The translations under genes and the position numbers were made by a program. This document shows, piece by piece, positions 16,252-24,792 of a stretch of 40,696 nucleotides of DNA. The notes under the pieces were generated by a model that saw only the letters and a list, made by a program, of their open reading frames with translations, was not told the origin of the DNA and ran no database searches. How positions within the stretch are numbered: the stretch's first letter is position 1; each line of letters starts with the position of its first letter. Source of the stretch: Actinomycetota bacterium (GTDB taxonomy: Bacteria > Actinomycetota > UBA4738). Location of the stretch: the NCBI GenBank assembly GCA_005885015.1, contig VAYG01000052.1:1-40696 (forward strand), in the 5' to 3' direction.

Positions 16252-18732
16252 GTGCCCGGTGAGCGAGTGAGTCGCCCTTACACCCCACACGTATGGCGCG
16301 GCCCCCCGGCCAGCAGCGTCTCCGCCGGGAGGCTTCGGGGCGTGCTGATCCCGTTCGTGATCCTGGCCGCGGCCGGCTTGGTGGCGGCGGGCCTGTTCCC
16401 CGCCGTCGGCGGCATCGGCAAGGCCGTGAAGCTGTTCAACCAGCAGCTCCAGCCCTCCGGCAACCTCCAGATCCCCAGTCTGGCCCTGCGGTCGACCATC
16501 GTCGCCGCGGACGGCTCGGTCATCTCCCAGGTGGCCGACGAGAACCGGATCCCGGTGGAGTTCTCCCAGGTCAACGACGTCACCAGGGCAGCCATCCTCG
16601 CGGTGGAGGACCACGACTTCTACCGGCACGGCCCCATCGACCTGAAGGCGATCGTTCGGGCCGGCGTGGCGAACTACCAGGCCGGCAGCGTCGTGCAGGG
16701 CGGGTCGACCATCACCCAGCAGCTCGCCAAGAACTTCTTCACCGGCACCGAGCAGACGCTGAAGCGGAAGATCGACGAGGCGAAGGACGCCATCCTGCTC
16801 GAGCAGAACTTCACCAAGGACCAGATCCTCGAGCTCTACCTCAACGACGTGTACTTCGGGCACGGAGCATACGGCGTGGGAACGGCCGCCGAGTACTACT
16901 TCGCCAAGCCCGTCGAGAAGCTCACGCTGCCCCAGGCCGCCCTCCTGGGGGCACAGATCTCCGCCCCCGTCATCTACGACCCCATCGCCCACCCGGTGGC
17001 GGCGCTGAAGCAGCGCAACATCGTGCTCCAGGACATGCTGAAGTTCGGATTCATCGAGCGGCCCGAGTACGCGCAGGCCGTCGCGGCGCCGATCAAGCTG
17101 TCCGGCAAGCAGCGCAACGTCAACAAGCCGCTCCCGTACTTCGCCCAGTTCGTCCAGGACACGATCCTGCACCCCATCGCCACCGACCCCAACTACAAGA
17201 CCTACCTCAAGGTCTTCGGGAAGACCGTGGAGGAGCGCAAGCGCTTCCTGTACCAGGGTGGGCTGAAGATCTACACCACGTATCAGCCACAGTTGCAGCG
17301 AGAGGCCGAGGCGGCCGTCCGGAGCAACATGCCGAGCGAGGGGAACCCCTACTCGGGGAACCCGGAGTCGGCCCTGACCAGCCTGGTTCCCCAGAGCGGG
17401 GCCATCCGGGCGATGGTCGGCGGCCCCGACTTCCTGAAGCACAAGCTCAACCTGGCCGTGCAGTCCAGGCGTCAGGCCGGGAGCGCGTTCAAGGCGTTCA
17501 CCCTGGCCGCCGCCCTCGAGCAGGGGATCCCCATCGGGAAGGTCTACAAGACCCCGAACCCCGTGCACATCCCGCCCGGCCCGTGCGGACCCTCGTGGTC
17601 TCCCGGCAACGCCGAGCCGGGGGGCGGCGGCTTCGTGCCCATGACCGTCGCGACGGCCGAGTCCATCAACGTGTACTTCGCGCAGCTCATCGCCGACGTC
17701 GGTCCGGTGAACGTCCAGGAGATGGCCAAGCGCCTCGGCGTGGTGAGCTACGCCTACAACTCCTACGTCCACGTCCCTCCGTTCTGCTCGATCACGCTCG
17801 GGTCGGTGGAGGTCAACCCGCTGTCCATGACGGCCGGCTTCGCCACCCTGGCCAACAACGGGAACCGCTGCTACCCGTACGCGATCCAGAAGGTCGTCTC
17901 GTGGACGGGGAAGGTGGTGTTTCGGGCCAGGCCCCACTGCAAGCAGGTCCTCGACTCGAAGATCGCCGCCGGCGTCACGAGCCTCCTCCGAGGCGTGATC
18001 TGCTGCGGCACCGGGACGAAGGCAGACATCGGACGCCCAGCCGCGGGGAAGACCGGCACCGCCCAGGACTTCGCGGACGCCTGGTTCGTCGGCTACGTCC
18101 CCCAGCTGGCCACCGGCGTGTGGACCGGCTACGGGTACGTCAAGCGAAACGCCGACATGACCAGGGCGCCCATCCTGACCAGTGGCCAGCTTGCGGGGCT
18201 CCATCCGTTCGGCGGGACCCTCTCGGCGCCGATCTGGCACGCCTTCATGATCAAGGCGGTGGCCGGCCTGCCACCAAAGGACTTCCCCAGCGCCCCCGCG
18301 CCCCAGGGTGGAACCGTGCCCAACGTGGTGGGGTTGAAGCTGGACGACGCGGAGAAGGTGCTGGCCAAGGCTAACTTCACGCCCAACGTGATCATGGCAC
18401 CGTCCGTCGAGCCCGCCGGCACCGTGTTCGCGCAGTCACCCGCCGGCGGCGCCCACGCCAGACTGGGGAGCGTCGTCACCATCAAGGTCAGCAACGGGAA
18501 GACGCCGAGCGTTCCCGTCCCGAACGTGGTTGGGATGTCGCGACAGCAGGCGGTCGGCATCTTGAGGGGCGCGGGGTTCGCCGTGGAGGTGGTGGAGGAG
18601 ATCGTCTTCGACCCGAAGAAGGACGGGATCGTCCTCAGCCAGATGCCCTCGGGCGGGAAACACCGGGTCGGCAGCACCGTGGTCATCCACGTCGGGAAGT
18701 TCGGTCCCTCGCCCTCGCCGTCACCCAGCTGA
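16252..18732 (+). CDS. class A penicillin-binding protein (transglycosylase + transpeptidase) with two C-terminal PASTA domains
   Basis: AILAVEDHDFYRHGPID and GGSTITQQLAKN (GT51); SAFKAF (SxxK), SINV and KTGT (TPase); PNVVGLKLDDAEKVL... and PNVVGMSRQQAVGIL... (PASTA x2); PSPSPSPS tail. The start is uncertain, with several GTG codons between 16252 and 16340. Confidence 0.9.
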   Translation: MPGERVSRPYTPHVWRGPPASSVSAGRLRGVLIPFVILAAAGLVAAGLFPAVGGIGKAVKLFNQQLQPSGNLQIPSLALRSTIVAADGSVISQVADENRIPVEFSQVNDVTRAAILAVEDHDFYRHGPIDLKAIVRAGVANYQAGSVVQGGSTITQQLAKNFFTGTEQTLKRKIDEAKDAILLEQNFTKDQILELYLNDVYFGHGAYGVGTAAEYYFAKPVEKLTLPQAALLGAQISAPVIYDPIAHPVAALKQRNIVLQDMLKFGFIERPEYAQAVAAPIKLSGKQRNVNKPLPYFAQFVQDTILHPIATDPNYKTYLKVFGKTVEERKRFLYQGGLKIYTTYQPQLQREAEAAVRSNMPSEGNPYSGNPESALTSLVPQSGAIRAMVGGPDFLKHKLNLAVQSRRQAGSAFKAFTLAAALEQGIPIGKVYKTPNPVHIPPGPCGPSWSPGNAEPGGGGFVPMTVATAESINVYFAQLIADVGPVNVQEMAKRLGVVSYAYNSYVHVPPFCSITLGSVEVNPLSMTAGFATLANNGNRCYPYAIQKVVSWTGKVVFRARPHCKQVLDSKIAAGVTSLLRGVICCGTGTKADIGRPAAGKTGTAQDFADAWFVGYVPQLATGVWTGYGYVKRNADMTRAPILTSGQLAGLHPFGGTLSAPIWHAFMIKAVAGLPPKDFPSAPAPQGGTVPNVVGLKLDDAEKVLAKANFTPNVIMAPSVEPAGTVFAQSPAGGAHARLGSVVTIKVSNGKTPSVPVPNVVGMSRQQAVGILRGAGFAVEVVEEIVFDPKKDGIVLSQMPSGGKHRVGSTVVIHVGKFGPSPSPSPS

Positions 18733-18741
18733 CGGCGGGCT

Positions 18742-19263
18742 TCAGCCTCCTCCCGGTTCGAGTCGCGACCTGACCTTCGCCCGGACGGCCTTGCCGTCGA
18801 CCCTGCCCCGGGCCCGCCCCATCACGTAGCTCATGACCTTCCCGAAGCCCGCGGGGCCATCCGCTCCGGTCGACGCGATGGCCTCCTCGACCAGCGCATC
18901 GACCTCTCCCTCGGACAGCGGGGCGGGGAGATAGGCCTCCAGCGCCTCCCGCTCCTCGCGCTCCGTGGCGGCCCGATCCTCCCGCCCGGCTGCGGCGAAG
19001 GCCTCGATGGCCTCGTTCCTTCGCTTGACCTCGCGGGTGGCCACGTCCACGAACTCCTCGTCCGTGAGGGGATGACCGACCTCAACCTCGCGATTGGTCA
19101 CGGCCGCCGAGAGCATCCGCAGCGCGGACAGGCGGACCCGTTGCCCCGCTTTGAGCGCCGCCGGCATCTCCTCCGCCAGCCTGGCCTTCAGGCTTCCCGG
19201 TGGGACCTCGTGTCGATCACGCGCTGAGGGCGATCCCTGCGCGGCCGTCTCGTCCACCGACAC
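18742..19263 (-). CDS. GatB/YqeY domain protein
   Basis: LKARLAEEMPAALKAGQRVRLSALRMLSAAV...EVKRRNEAIEAF...FGKVMSYVMGRARGRVDGKAV is the typical YqeY pattern. Confidence 0.8.
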   Translation of the reverse strand: MSVDETAAQGSPSARDRHEVPPGSLKARLAEEMPAALKAGQRVRLSALRMLSAAVTNREVEVGHPLTDEEFVDVATREVKRRNEAIEAFAAAGREDRAATEREEREALEAYLPAPLSEGEVDALVEEAIASTGADGPAGFGKVMSYVMGRARGRVDGKAVRAKVRSRLEPGGG

Positions 19264-19278
19264 TACAATCGACGTTCC

Positions 19279-20226
19279 ATGTCGCTTCCCATGCTGGGAA
19301 ATCTAGCTCGAACCACGTTGTGGTCGCTGGCCGTCGTGGCGACGGCGGGCCTCCTGTGCGTCGCCTACGGGATCGTCATCGAGCGCCGGTGGTACCGCCT
19401 GGCCGACTATGTCGTTCCCATTCCGTCGATCGCGTCGGGTTCCCTCCGAATCCTCCACGTGTCCGACCTGCACTTCGTGCGAAGTGATCGCGCCAAGGCC
19501 CGGTTCCTGGCCGCCCTGCCTCGACCTGACATCGCGGTGGTGACCGGCGACATCCTGGGCGAGCCGGAAGCCGTCCAGTCCTCGGTGGCGGCGCTCCGGG
19601 AGGTGCGGGGCCGCCTGGGCTCCTATTTCGTCCTCGGGTCGAACGACTACTACGCTCCCAAGCCCCTCAACTACCTGGTGTACTTTCGACGCCGACGCCG
19701 GCACCGCCCGGGGAGGCGGAGCAGGGATGCGGAGCTTCGGGCCATGCTCGAGGCCGACGGCTGGCAGTACCTTGCCAACCGGCGAGCGTCGCTCTCGCGA
19801 GACGGCCTCCGGATGGAGCTCGTCGGGCTCGACGACCCACACATCGAGCGGCACGACCTCCGGGTGGCCATCCGTACGGATTCCGGTGCCCTGGGCATCG
19901 CGGTGGTCCACTCCCCCGATCCGGCCCCGGAGCTCGCCGCGTTGGGGTACGACCTCATCCTGACCGGGCACACGCACGGAGGCCAGGTCCGGATGCCGCT
20001 CGTCGGGGCCCTGGTGACCAACAGCACCATCCCCACCCGGTTGTGCATGGGCATGTCACGGGTGGGGCGCACCTACCTCCACGTTTCGCCCGGTCTGGGC
20101 ACCAGCAAGTTCGCTCCGTTCCGGTTCCTGTGCCGGCCGGAGGCCACCGTGCTGGATCTGGTTCCGGAGGAAGACCCCGCTCAGGACGAGCGCTCGGCGA
20201 CCACGCGCTCGAACGCGGCCTCGTAG
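19279..20226 (+). CDS. membrane-anchored metallophosphoesterase (Rv3683-like)
   Basis: N-terminal TM segment, then LRILHVSDLHF, VTGDILGE, GSNDYY, VVHSPD and LTGHTHGGQ. Confidence 0.85.
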   Translation: MSLPMLGNLARTTLWSLAVVATAGLLCVAYGIVIERRWYRLADYVVPIPSIASGSLRILHVSDLHFVRSDRAKARFLAALPRPDIAVVTGDILGEPEAVQSSVAALREVRGRLGSYFVLGSNDYYAPKPLNYLVYFRRRRRHRPGRRSRDAELRAMLEADGWQYLANRRASLSRDGLRMELVGLDDPHIERHDLRVAIRTDSGALGIAVVHSPDPAPELAALGYDLILTGHTHGGQVRMPLVGALVTNSTIPTRLCMGMSRVGRTYLHVSPGLGTSKFAPFRFLCRPEATVLDLVPEEDPAQDERSATTRSNAAS

Positions 20227-21218
20227 CCCTCGACCATCGCCTCGCGGCTGAACCTCGCCTCCACCCGGGCCCGGCAGGCCGCCGGATCGATCTCGTCGAG
20301 CCGCTCGAGGCGCGCCGCCGCCTCCGCGGGGTAGTTCTCCACGGAGACCACGAACCCGGTCTCCCCGTCCGCCACGATCTCCGGGACCGACCCCCTCGGG
20401 GTGGCGATCACCGGCGTGCCGCAGACCATCGCCTCGGGCATCACCAGCCCGAACGGCTCGTCCCAATCGATCGGGAACAGGACCGCCTTCGCCCGCGACA
20501 GGAGATCGAGCTTCTCCGCGTTGGTGACCTCGCCCAGGACGGTGGCGTTCGCCGGCATTGCCGGCAGCACGTCCTCGTTCCAGTGGCGCTCCTCGTCCTC
20601 GTGGGCGACCTTCACCGCCACCACGAGGGGAGTCCCGGCCTGCTTCGCCGCGAGGACCGCCCGAAGGACGCCCTTGTCCGGGTGGGCCCGTCCCAGGAAG
20701 AGGACGAAATCCTCCTTCTGCTTGCGGAAGGGGTAGGCGGGGACGTCGATCCCGTTGTAGACGACCCCGGCATAGGGCAGCTCGGGCATGTGTGACCGCT
20801 GGTTCTCGCTGATGGCCACGTATCGAACCCGGTCCCCCATCGCCGCGTAGAGACGCCGCATCTCCGGGGTGAACGAGCCGTGGAGCGTGTGCACGAGGGG
20901 CAACCCGAGCGTGGCCGGGACGACCAGGGCCGACCACGGCGAGTGGACATGGAACACGTCGAAGTCCTCGGGGTGCCGATATGTGTGCAGGGTGTGGATC
21001 GTGTCGTGCCAGATGTCGTTGATCAGCTTGGGTCCGGGCGCCGTGTCGAATGCGTAGTCGAGGCGAGCTTTGGTGACCGAGTCGCCCGTCGCGAAGAGCG
21101 TGACGTCGTGGCCTCGCTCGGCCAACCCGTCGGCGAGGAGCGCTACCACCCACTCGATCCCCCCGTAGCCCTTGGGAGGCACGGCCAGCCACGGCGGCGA
21201 GACCTCGGCGATCCGCAC
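20181..21218 (-). CDS. GT4-family (GT-B) glycosyltransferase
   Basis: MRIAEVSPPWLAVPPKGYGGIEWVV..., FLGRAHPDKG and EPFGLVMPEAMVCGTPVIA...GETG. Confidence 0.85.
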   Translation of the reverse strand: MRIAEVSPPWLAVPPKGYGGIEWVVALLADGLAERGHDVTLFATGDSVTKARLDYAFDTAPGPKLINDIWHDTIHTLHTYRHPEDFDVFHVHSPWSALVVPATLGLPLVHTLHGSFTPEMRRLYAAMGDRVRYVAISENQRSHMPELPYAGVVYNGIDVPAYPFRKQKEDFVLFLGRAHPDKGVLRAVLAAKQAGTPLVVAVKVAHEDEERHWNEDVLPAMPANATVLGEVTNAEKLDLLSRAKAVLFPIDWDEPFGLVMPEAMVCGTPVIATPRGSVPEIVADGETGFVVSVENYPAEAAARLERLDEIDPAACRARVEARFSREAMVEGYEAAFERVVAERSS

Positions 21219-21289
21219 CGGCCGAGGCTATCAGGCGGGCGAAGACCGGCTCATGCCCTCTGTAGACTGAGGACTGGCCGGAAGGCCGG

Positions 21290-21363
21290 CGGGACGTAGC
21301 GCAGCTTGGTAGCGCGCAGCGTTCGGGTCGCTGAGGTCGCGGGTTCAAATCCCGCCGTCCCGA
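21290..21363 (+). tRNA. tRNA-Pro (anticodon CGG), CCA not encoded
   Basis: Folded by hand: acceptor CGGGACG/CGTCCCG, D stem GCGC/GCGC, anticodon stem CAGCG/CGCTG with loop TTCGGGT, T arm GCGGG-TTCAAAT-CCCGC, discriminator A. Total 74 nt. Confidence 0.9.
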
Positions 21364-21453
21364 CAGGTGTCAGCTGAGTCGGCGGGCTGGGATAATGGCC
21401 GGTCGATCCCCCCCTTCGATGCGGCGCCGGGCCGCGGAACCAGGGTGCACCGA

Positions 21454-22056
21454 ATGAAGAAGATCGGACCAAAACACAGGATGTGCCGGCGGGTCGGGGC
21501 GGCCGTATGTGGCCGTCCGAACTGCCCCACGGCGAAGCGGCCGTTCCCGCCGGGCCAGCACGGCCGGGCCCGCCGGCGGATGACCGAGTACCACCTGCGG
21601 CTGCTCGAGAAGCAGAAGCTGCGGGCCATCTACGGGGTGGGCGAGCGGCAGTTCCGCCGCTACTTCCACGAGGCCACCCGGACCCGGGCCGTCACCGGCG
21701 AGGAGCTGCTTCGCCTCCTGGAGACCCGGCTCGACTCGATCGTCCTGCGACTCGGGTTCGCCCAGACGATGCCGCAGGCCCGCCAGCTCGTCTCCCACGG
21801 CCACATGCTCCTCGACGGGAGGAGGGTCGACGTCCCCAGTGCCTCCGTCCGGGCGGGCCAGATCGTGGAACCGACCGCCGCGGCCAAGAACTTCATCCCC
21901 ATCCGCGAGGCCGTCGAGGTGACCCCCGACCCTCCCTCTTACCTCGAGCGGGACAAGGAGGCGCTCCGGGGACGGCTGGTCCGCCCCCCGGAACGCGACG
22001 AGATCCCGCTGCCGGTCCCGGTCGAAGAGCGGCTGATCGTCGAGTTCATGTCCTAG
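21454..22056 (+). CDS. rpsD: 30S ribosomal protein S4
   Basis: GPKHRMCRRVG...PPGQHG...SEYHLRLLEKQKLRAIYGV-type N-terminus and the S4 RNA-binding domain RLDSIVLRLGFAQTMPQARQLVSHGHMLLDGRRVDVPS. Confidence 0.9.
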   Translation: MKKIGPKHRMCRRVGAAVCGRPNCPTAKRPFPPGQHGRARRRMTEYHLRLLEKQKLRAIYGVGERQFRRYFHEATRTRAVTGEELLRLLETRLDSIVLRLGFAQTMPQARQLVSHGHMLLDGRRVDVPSASVRAGQIVEPTAAAKNFIPIREAVEVTPDPPSYLERDKEALRGRLVRPPERDEIPLPVPVEERLIVEFMS

Positions 22057-22088
22057 CTCGGACCACGGCAAGCAGACCCGGCCTCGAG

Positions 22089-22958
22089 TTGACGCTGGCT
22101 CCTCCGTGCGAGGCGTGCGGCGAGGCGACGGCCGAGGCGCGCATCTCGGCCATGTGCGTCCTCTGGCGGTGTCCCCGTTGCGGCCACGTGCTGAGGGACC
22201 TGGCCCGCTGTCGGGCGGGGGCCCGGGCGCACCCATGGGGCGGAAGCGAAGCGCTGGACCGCGTGCGGCTGGCCCTGACCCGGCAGCGACTCCGTACGCT
22301 CCTCCCCGGCCGGACGGGCGGGGACGTCCTCGAGGTCGGGTTCGGACGAGGCCTGCTCCTGGCGAGCCTCCTCGCGGAGGGCCATCGCGTGTCCGGCGTG
22401 GATCCCGGGGCCCTTGGTCTGGACCTGGCGCCGTCCCTGGCGCGCGGGGCGACCATCTACCCGGTCCCCGTGGAGGACGCCTCGCTGCCGGCGGGGCGGT
22501 TCGACCTCGTGTACGGGATCCACGTGGTGGAGCATCTGCGCGACCCGGCCATCGCCTTCGGGGCCTGGCATCGGGCGCTGCGGCCCGGCGGCCGCCTCTA
22601 CCTCATCACCCCGAACGCCCGGTCGGCCGGCCTCTCGCTGTTCCGAGATCGGTGGTGGAATCTCGAGGACCCCACCCACGTGCGCTTCTTCTCTCCGGCA
22701 TCGATCGGGTTGATGCTCGAGGCGGCCGGATTCGAAGGCATCCGGTGGCGGGCCCCCGTGTGGGACAGCCTGACGATGGAGGTCAGCAGCGTCCTTCGGA
22801 CCTTCCGGAACCCGGCGACGAGCGGCGACCATGGCGTCCTGGGCGGGGGACCGGCGTGGCCCGCCTACGCGCTGGGCGTCCCCCTCGCCCTGATCGCGCG
22901 GTTCGCCTGGCCGGCCGTGCGCCCCAGCATGGAAGTGATGGCCCGCCGGCCCTCCTGA
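22089..22958 (+). CDS. class I SAM-dependent methyltransferase with N-terminal CxxC...CxxC zinc ribbon
   Basis: CEAC...CPRC followed by VLEVGFGRGLL, FDLVYGIHVVEHLRDP and LRPGGRLYL. A TTG start at 22089 keeps the zinc ribbon; an ATG at 22152 is the alternative. Confidence 0.75.
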   Translation: MTLAPPCEACGEATAEARISAMCVLWRCPRCGHVLRDLARCRAGARAHPWGGSEALDRVRLALTRQRLRTLLPGRTGGDVLEVGFGRGLLLASLLAEGHRVSGVDPGALGLDLAPSLARGATIYPVPVEDASLPAGRFDLVYGIHVVEHLRDPAIAFGAWHRALRPGGRLYLITPNARSAGLSLFRDRWWNLEDPTHVRFFSPASIGLMLEAAGFEGIRWRAPVWDSLTMEVSSVLRTFRNPATSGDHGVLGGGPAWPAYALGVPLALIARFAWPAVRPSMEVMARRPS

Positions 22959-22962
22959 CGCC

Positions 22963-24720
22963 TCAGGGCCGGGACGGCGTCGCGGGGGTCTCCACCTTCC
23001 GCGCGTAGAGGTTTCCCAGCGCCAGGACATCCATCCTGGTCCGGCGGAACGTGTCCACGGCCTCCTGCGGCGTGCAGCAGATCGGCTCGTTCTCGTTGAA
23101 GGAGGTGTTGAGGAGGACCGGGACCCCCGTACGCCGGCCGAACGCCTCGAGGAGCTCGGCGTACAGCCGGTTCTGGGACGGGCGAACCGTCTGCACCCGG
23201 CCGGTCCCGTCGATGTGGGTGGGCGCCGGGATCTCCGACCGCTTGTCCCGCCGCACCGGGTACGCCATGAGCATGAACGGAGAAGGGTAGGCGTCCTCGA
23301 AGAACCGGCCCGTCTGGTCCTCGAGGATGGAGGGAGCGAACGGCCGGAACGGTTCGCGGTGCTTGATCCGCGAGTTCAGGACCTCCTTCATCTCGGGACG
23401 GCGGGGATCGGCCAGGATCGAGCGGTTGCCGAGGGCCCTGGGGCCGAACTCCATCCGTCCCTGGAACCATCCGACCACCCGGCCATCGGCCAGATCGCCG
23501 GCCGCGGTGGCCACGAGCCGGTCCCCATCCATCTCCGTGTAGGGCACGCCTCTGGATTCCAGGGCCACCCGGCAAGAGGCCTCGGTGAAGTCCGGACCGA
23601 GATAGGCATGGTCCATGACGTAGGTTCGCTTCCCCCCGAGGACCTGGTGATGCACGTAGGCCGCGGCCCCCAGCGATGTCCCGCCGTCGTGGGCGGCCGG
23701 CTGCACGAACACGTCGCGAAAACCTGTCGACGCCCGCACCCTCCCGTTCGCCACGCAGTTCAGGGCGACGCCTCCGGCCAGGCATACCGCGTCCGCCTCT
23801 GTCGTCCGGTGCAGATCGCCGAGCATCTGGAGGACGACCTCTTCCAGCCGTCGCTGCATCGAAGCGGCAACGTTCCGGTGGCGATCGTCCAGCGGTTCGG
23901 ACGGGTCGGTTCGGGGCGGCCCGAACAGCCGGGCCATCCCTTCGTCCCAGATCCGGGGCTCGGTGGGAGTCCCGCCCCTCCAGGCGATCGGCTGGATCTC
24001 CTTGAGGTGCCGGAAACAGGTCATGTCGAGCGCGAAGTGCATCGGATCGGACATCGAGATCACTCGCCGCATCTCCGCCATGTACTCCGGCTCCCCGTAC
24101 GCGGAGAGTCCCATCACCTTGTACTCGTCGCCGTGCTTGTGGAACCCGAGGTACTGGGTGAAGCCCAGGTAGAACCATCCGAGGGAGTGGGGGAAGTTGA
24201 CCTCGCCCTGGATGCGCAGACGCGATCCCTCGCCGACACCCCACATGGCCGAGACCATGTCCCCGATCCCGTCGAGGGAGAGCACCGCCGCCCGGTCGAA
24301 CGGGGACGGATAGAACGCGCTCCCGAGATGGGCGAGGTGGTGTTCCACGAGGTGGAGCTTCGCTCGGACTGACCGCGAGTCGATCCCCAGCCCCTCCGCC
24401 ATCGTGCCCTTCGCCCGGTAGAGGGCCAGGAGGTCTCCGCGCCTCGGGGCTTGGCGCCGGCCCGCCGAGGTCCGAACCGCGAAGCCGAGCTTTCGAAAGA
24501 GATTCGCCTGTGGCCTGCCGGATACCGCCACGTGATCGATGTCGCGGGCCTCGATGCCGGCCGCGTCGAGGCAATAGCGGATGGAGCCGTGCGGGAAGGC
24601 GACCTCGTACTTCTGGCGGGTGAACCGCTCCTCCTCCACCGCGGCCACCAGCTCGCCGTCCACGAGGAGCGCGGCGGAAGCGTTCGAGTGGTAGGCGTTG
24701 ATCCCGAGGACGATCATCAC
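22963..24720 (-). CDS. NodU/CmcH-family carbamoyltransferase
   Basis: ILGINAYHSNASAALLVDGELVAAVEEERFTR, HHLAHLGSAFY, GGVALNCVANG, GRMEFGPRALGNRSILADPR, REPFRPFAPS and LNTSFN. Confidence 0.9.
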   Translation of the reverse strand: MMIVLGINAYHSNASAALLVDGELVAAVEEERFTRQKYEVAFPHGSIRYCLDAAGIEARDIDHVAVSGRPQANLFRKLGFAVRTSAGRRQAPRRGDLLALYRAKGTMAEGLGIDSRSVRAKLHLVEHHLAHLGSAFYPSPFDRAAVLSLDGIGDMVSAMWGVGEGSRLRIQGEVNFPHSLGWFYLGFTQYLGFHKHGDEYKVMGLSAYGEPEYMAEMRRVISMSDPMHFALDMTCFRHLKEIQPIAWRGGTPTEPRIWDEGMARLFGPPRTDPSEPLDDRHRNVAASMQRRLEEVVLQMLGDLHRTTEADAVCLAGGVALNCVANGRVRASTGFRDVFVQPAAHDGGTSLGAAAYVHHQVLGGKRTYVMDHAYLGPDFTEASCRVALESRGVPYTEMDGDRLVATAAGDLADGRVVGWFQGRMEFGPRALGNRSILADPRRPEMKEVLNSRIKHREPFRPFAPSILEDQTGRFFEDAYPSPFMLMAYPVRRDKRSEIPAPTHIDGTGRVQTVRPSQNRLYAELLEAFGRRTGVPVLLNTSFNENEPICCTPQEAVDTFRRTRMDVLALGNLYARKVETPATPSRP

Positions 24721-24792
24721 GGATCGCTCCGGCCGGACCCCAGTGGCGCCCGCAGCCTTCCCTTGCGGCCGGGCGGTCGGCAGACTAGCAGA

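Noticed and set aside
15997-18240. Very long antisense and off-frame ORFs in the track, for example 15997..18240(-), 7210..8820(-), 8084..9649(-), 1038..2258(+), 1766..3145(+), 9067..11094(+), 22865..24574(-), 25642..27021(-), 30405..31652(-) and 35785..36831(-).
   Set aside because: All overlap genes with clear family signatures on the other strand or frame. Their translations are Arg/Pro/Gly-rich low-complexity strings, typical of stop-poor shadow frames in high-GC DNA.
21290-21363. tRNA-Pro as a possible integration site for a genomic island covering the glycan genes.
   Set aside because: I saw no integrase or recombinase and no direct repeat of the tRNA 3' end. The next gene is ribosomal protein S4. 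The composition of most downstream genes matches the rest of the window.
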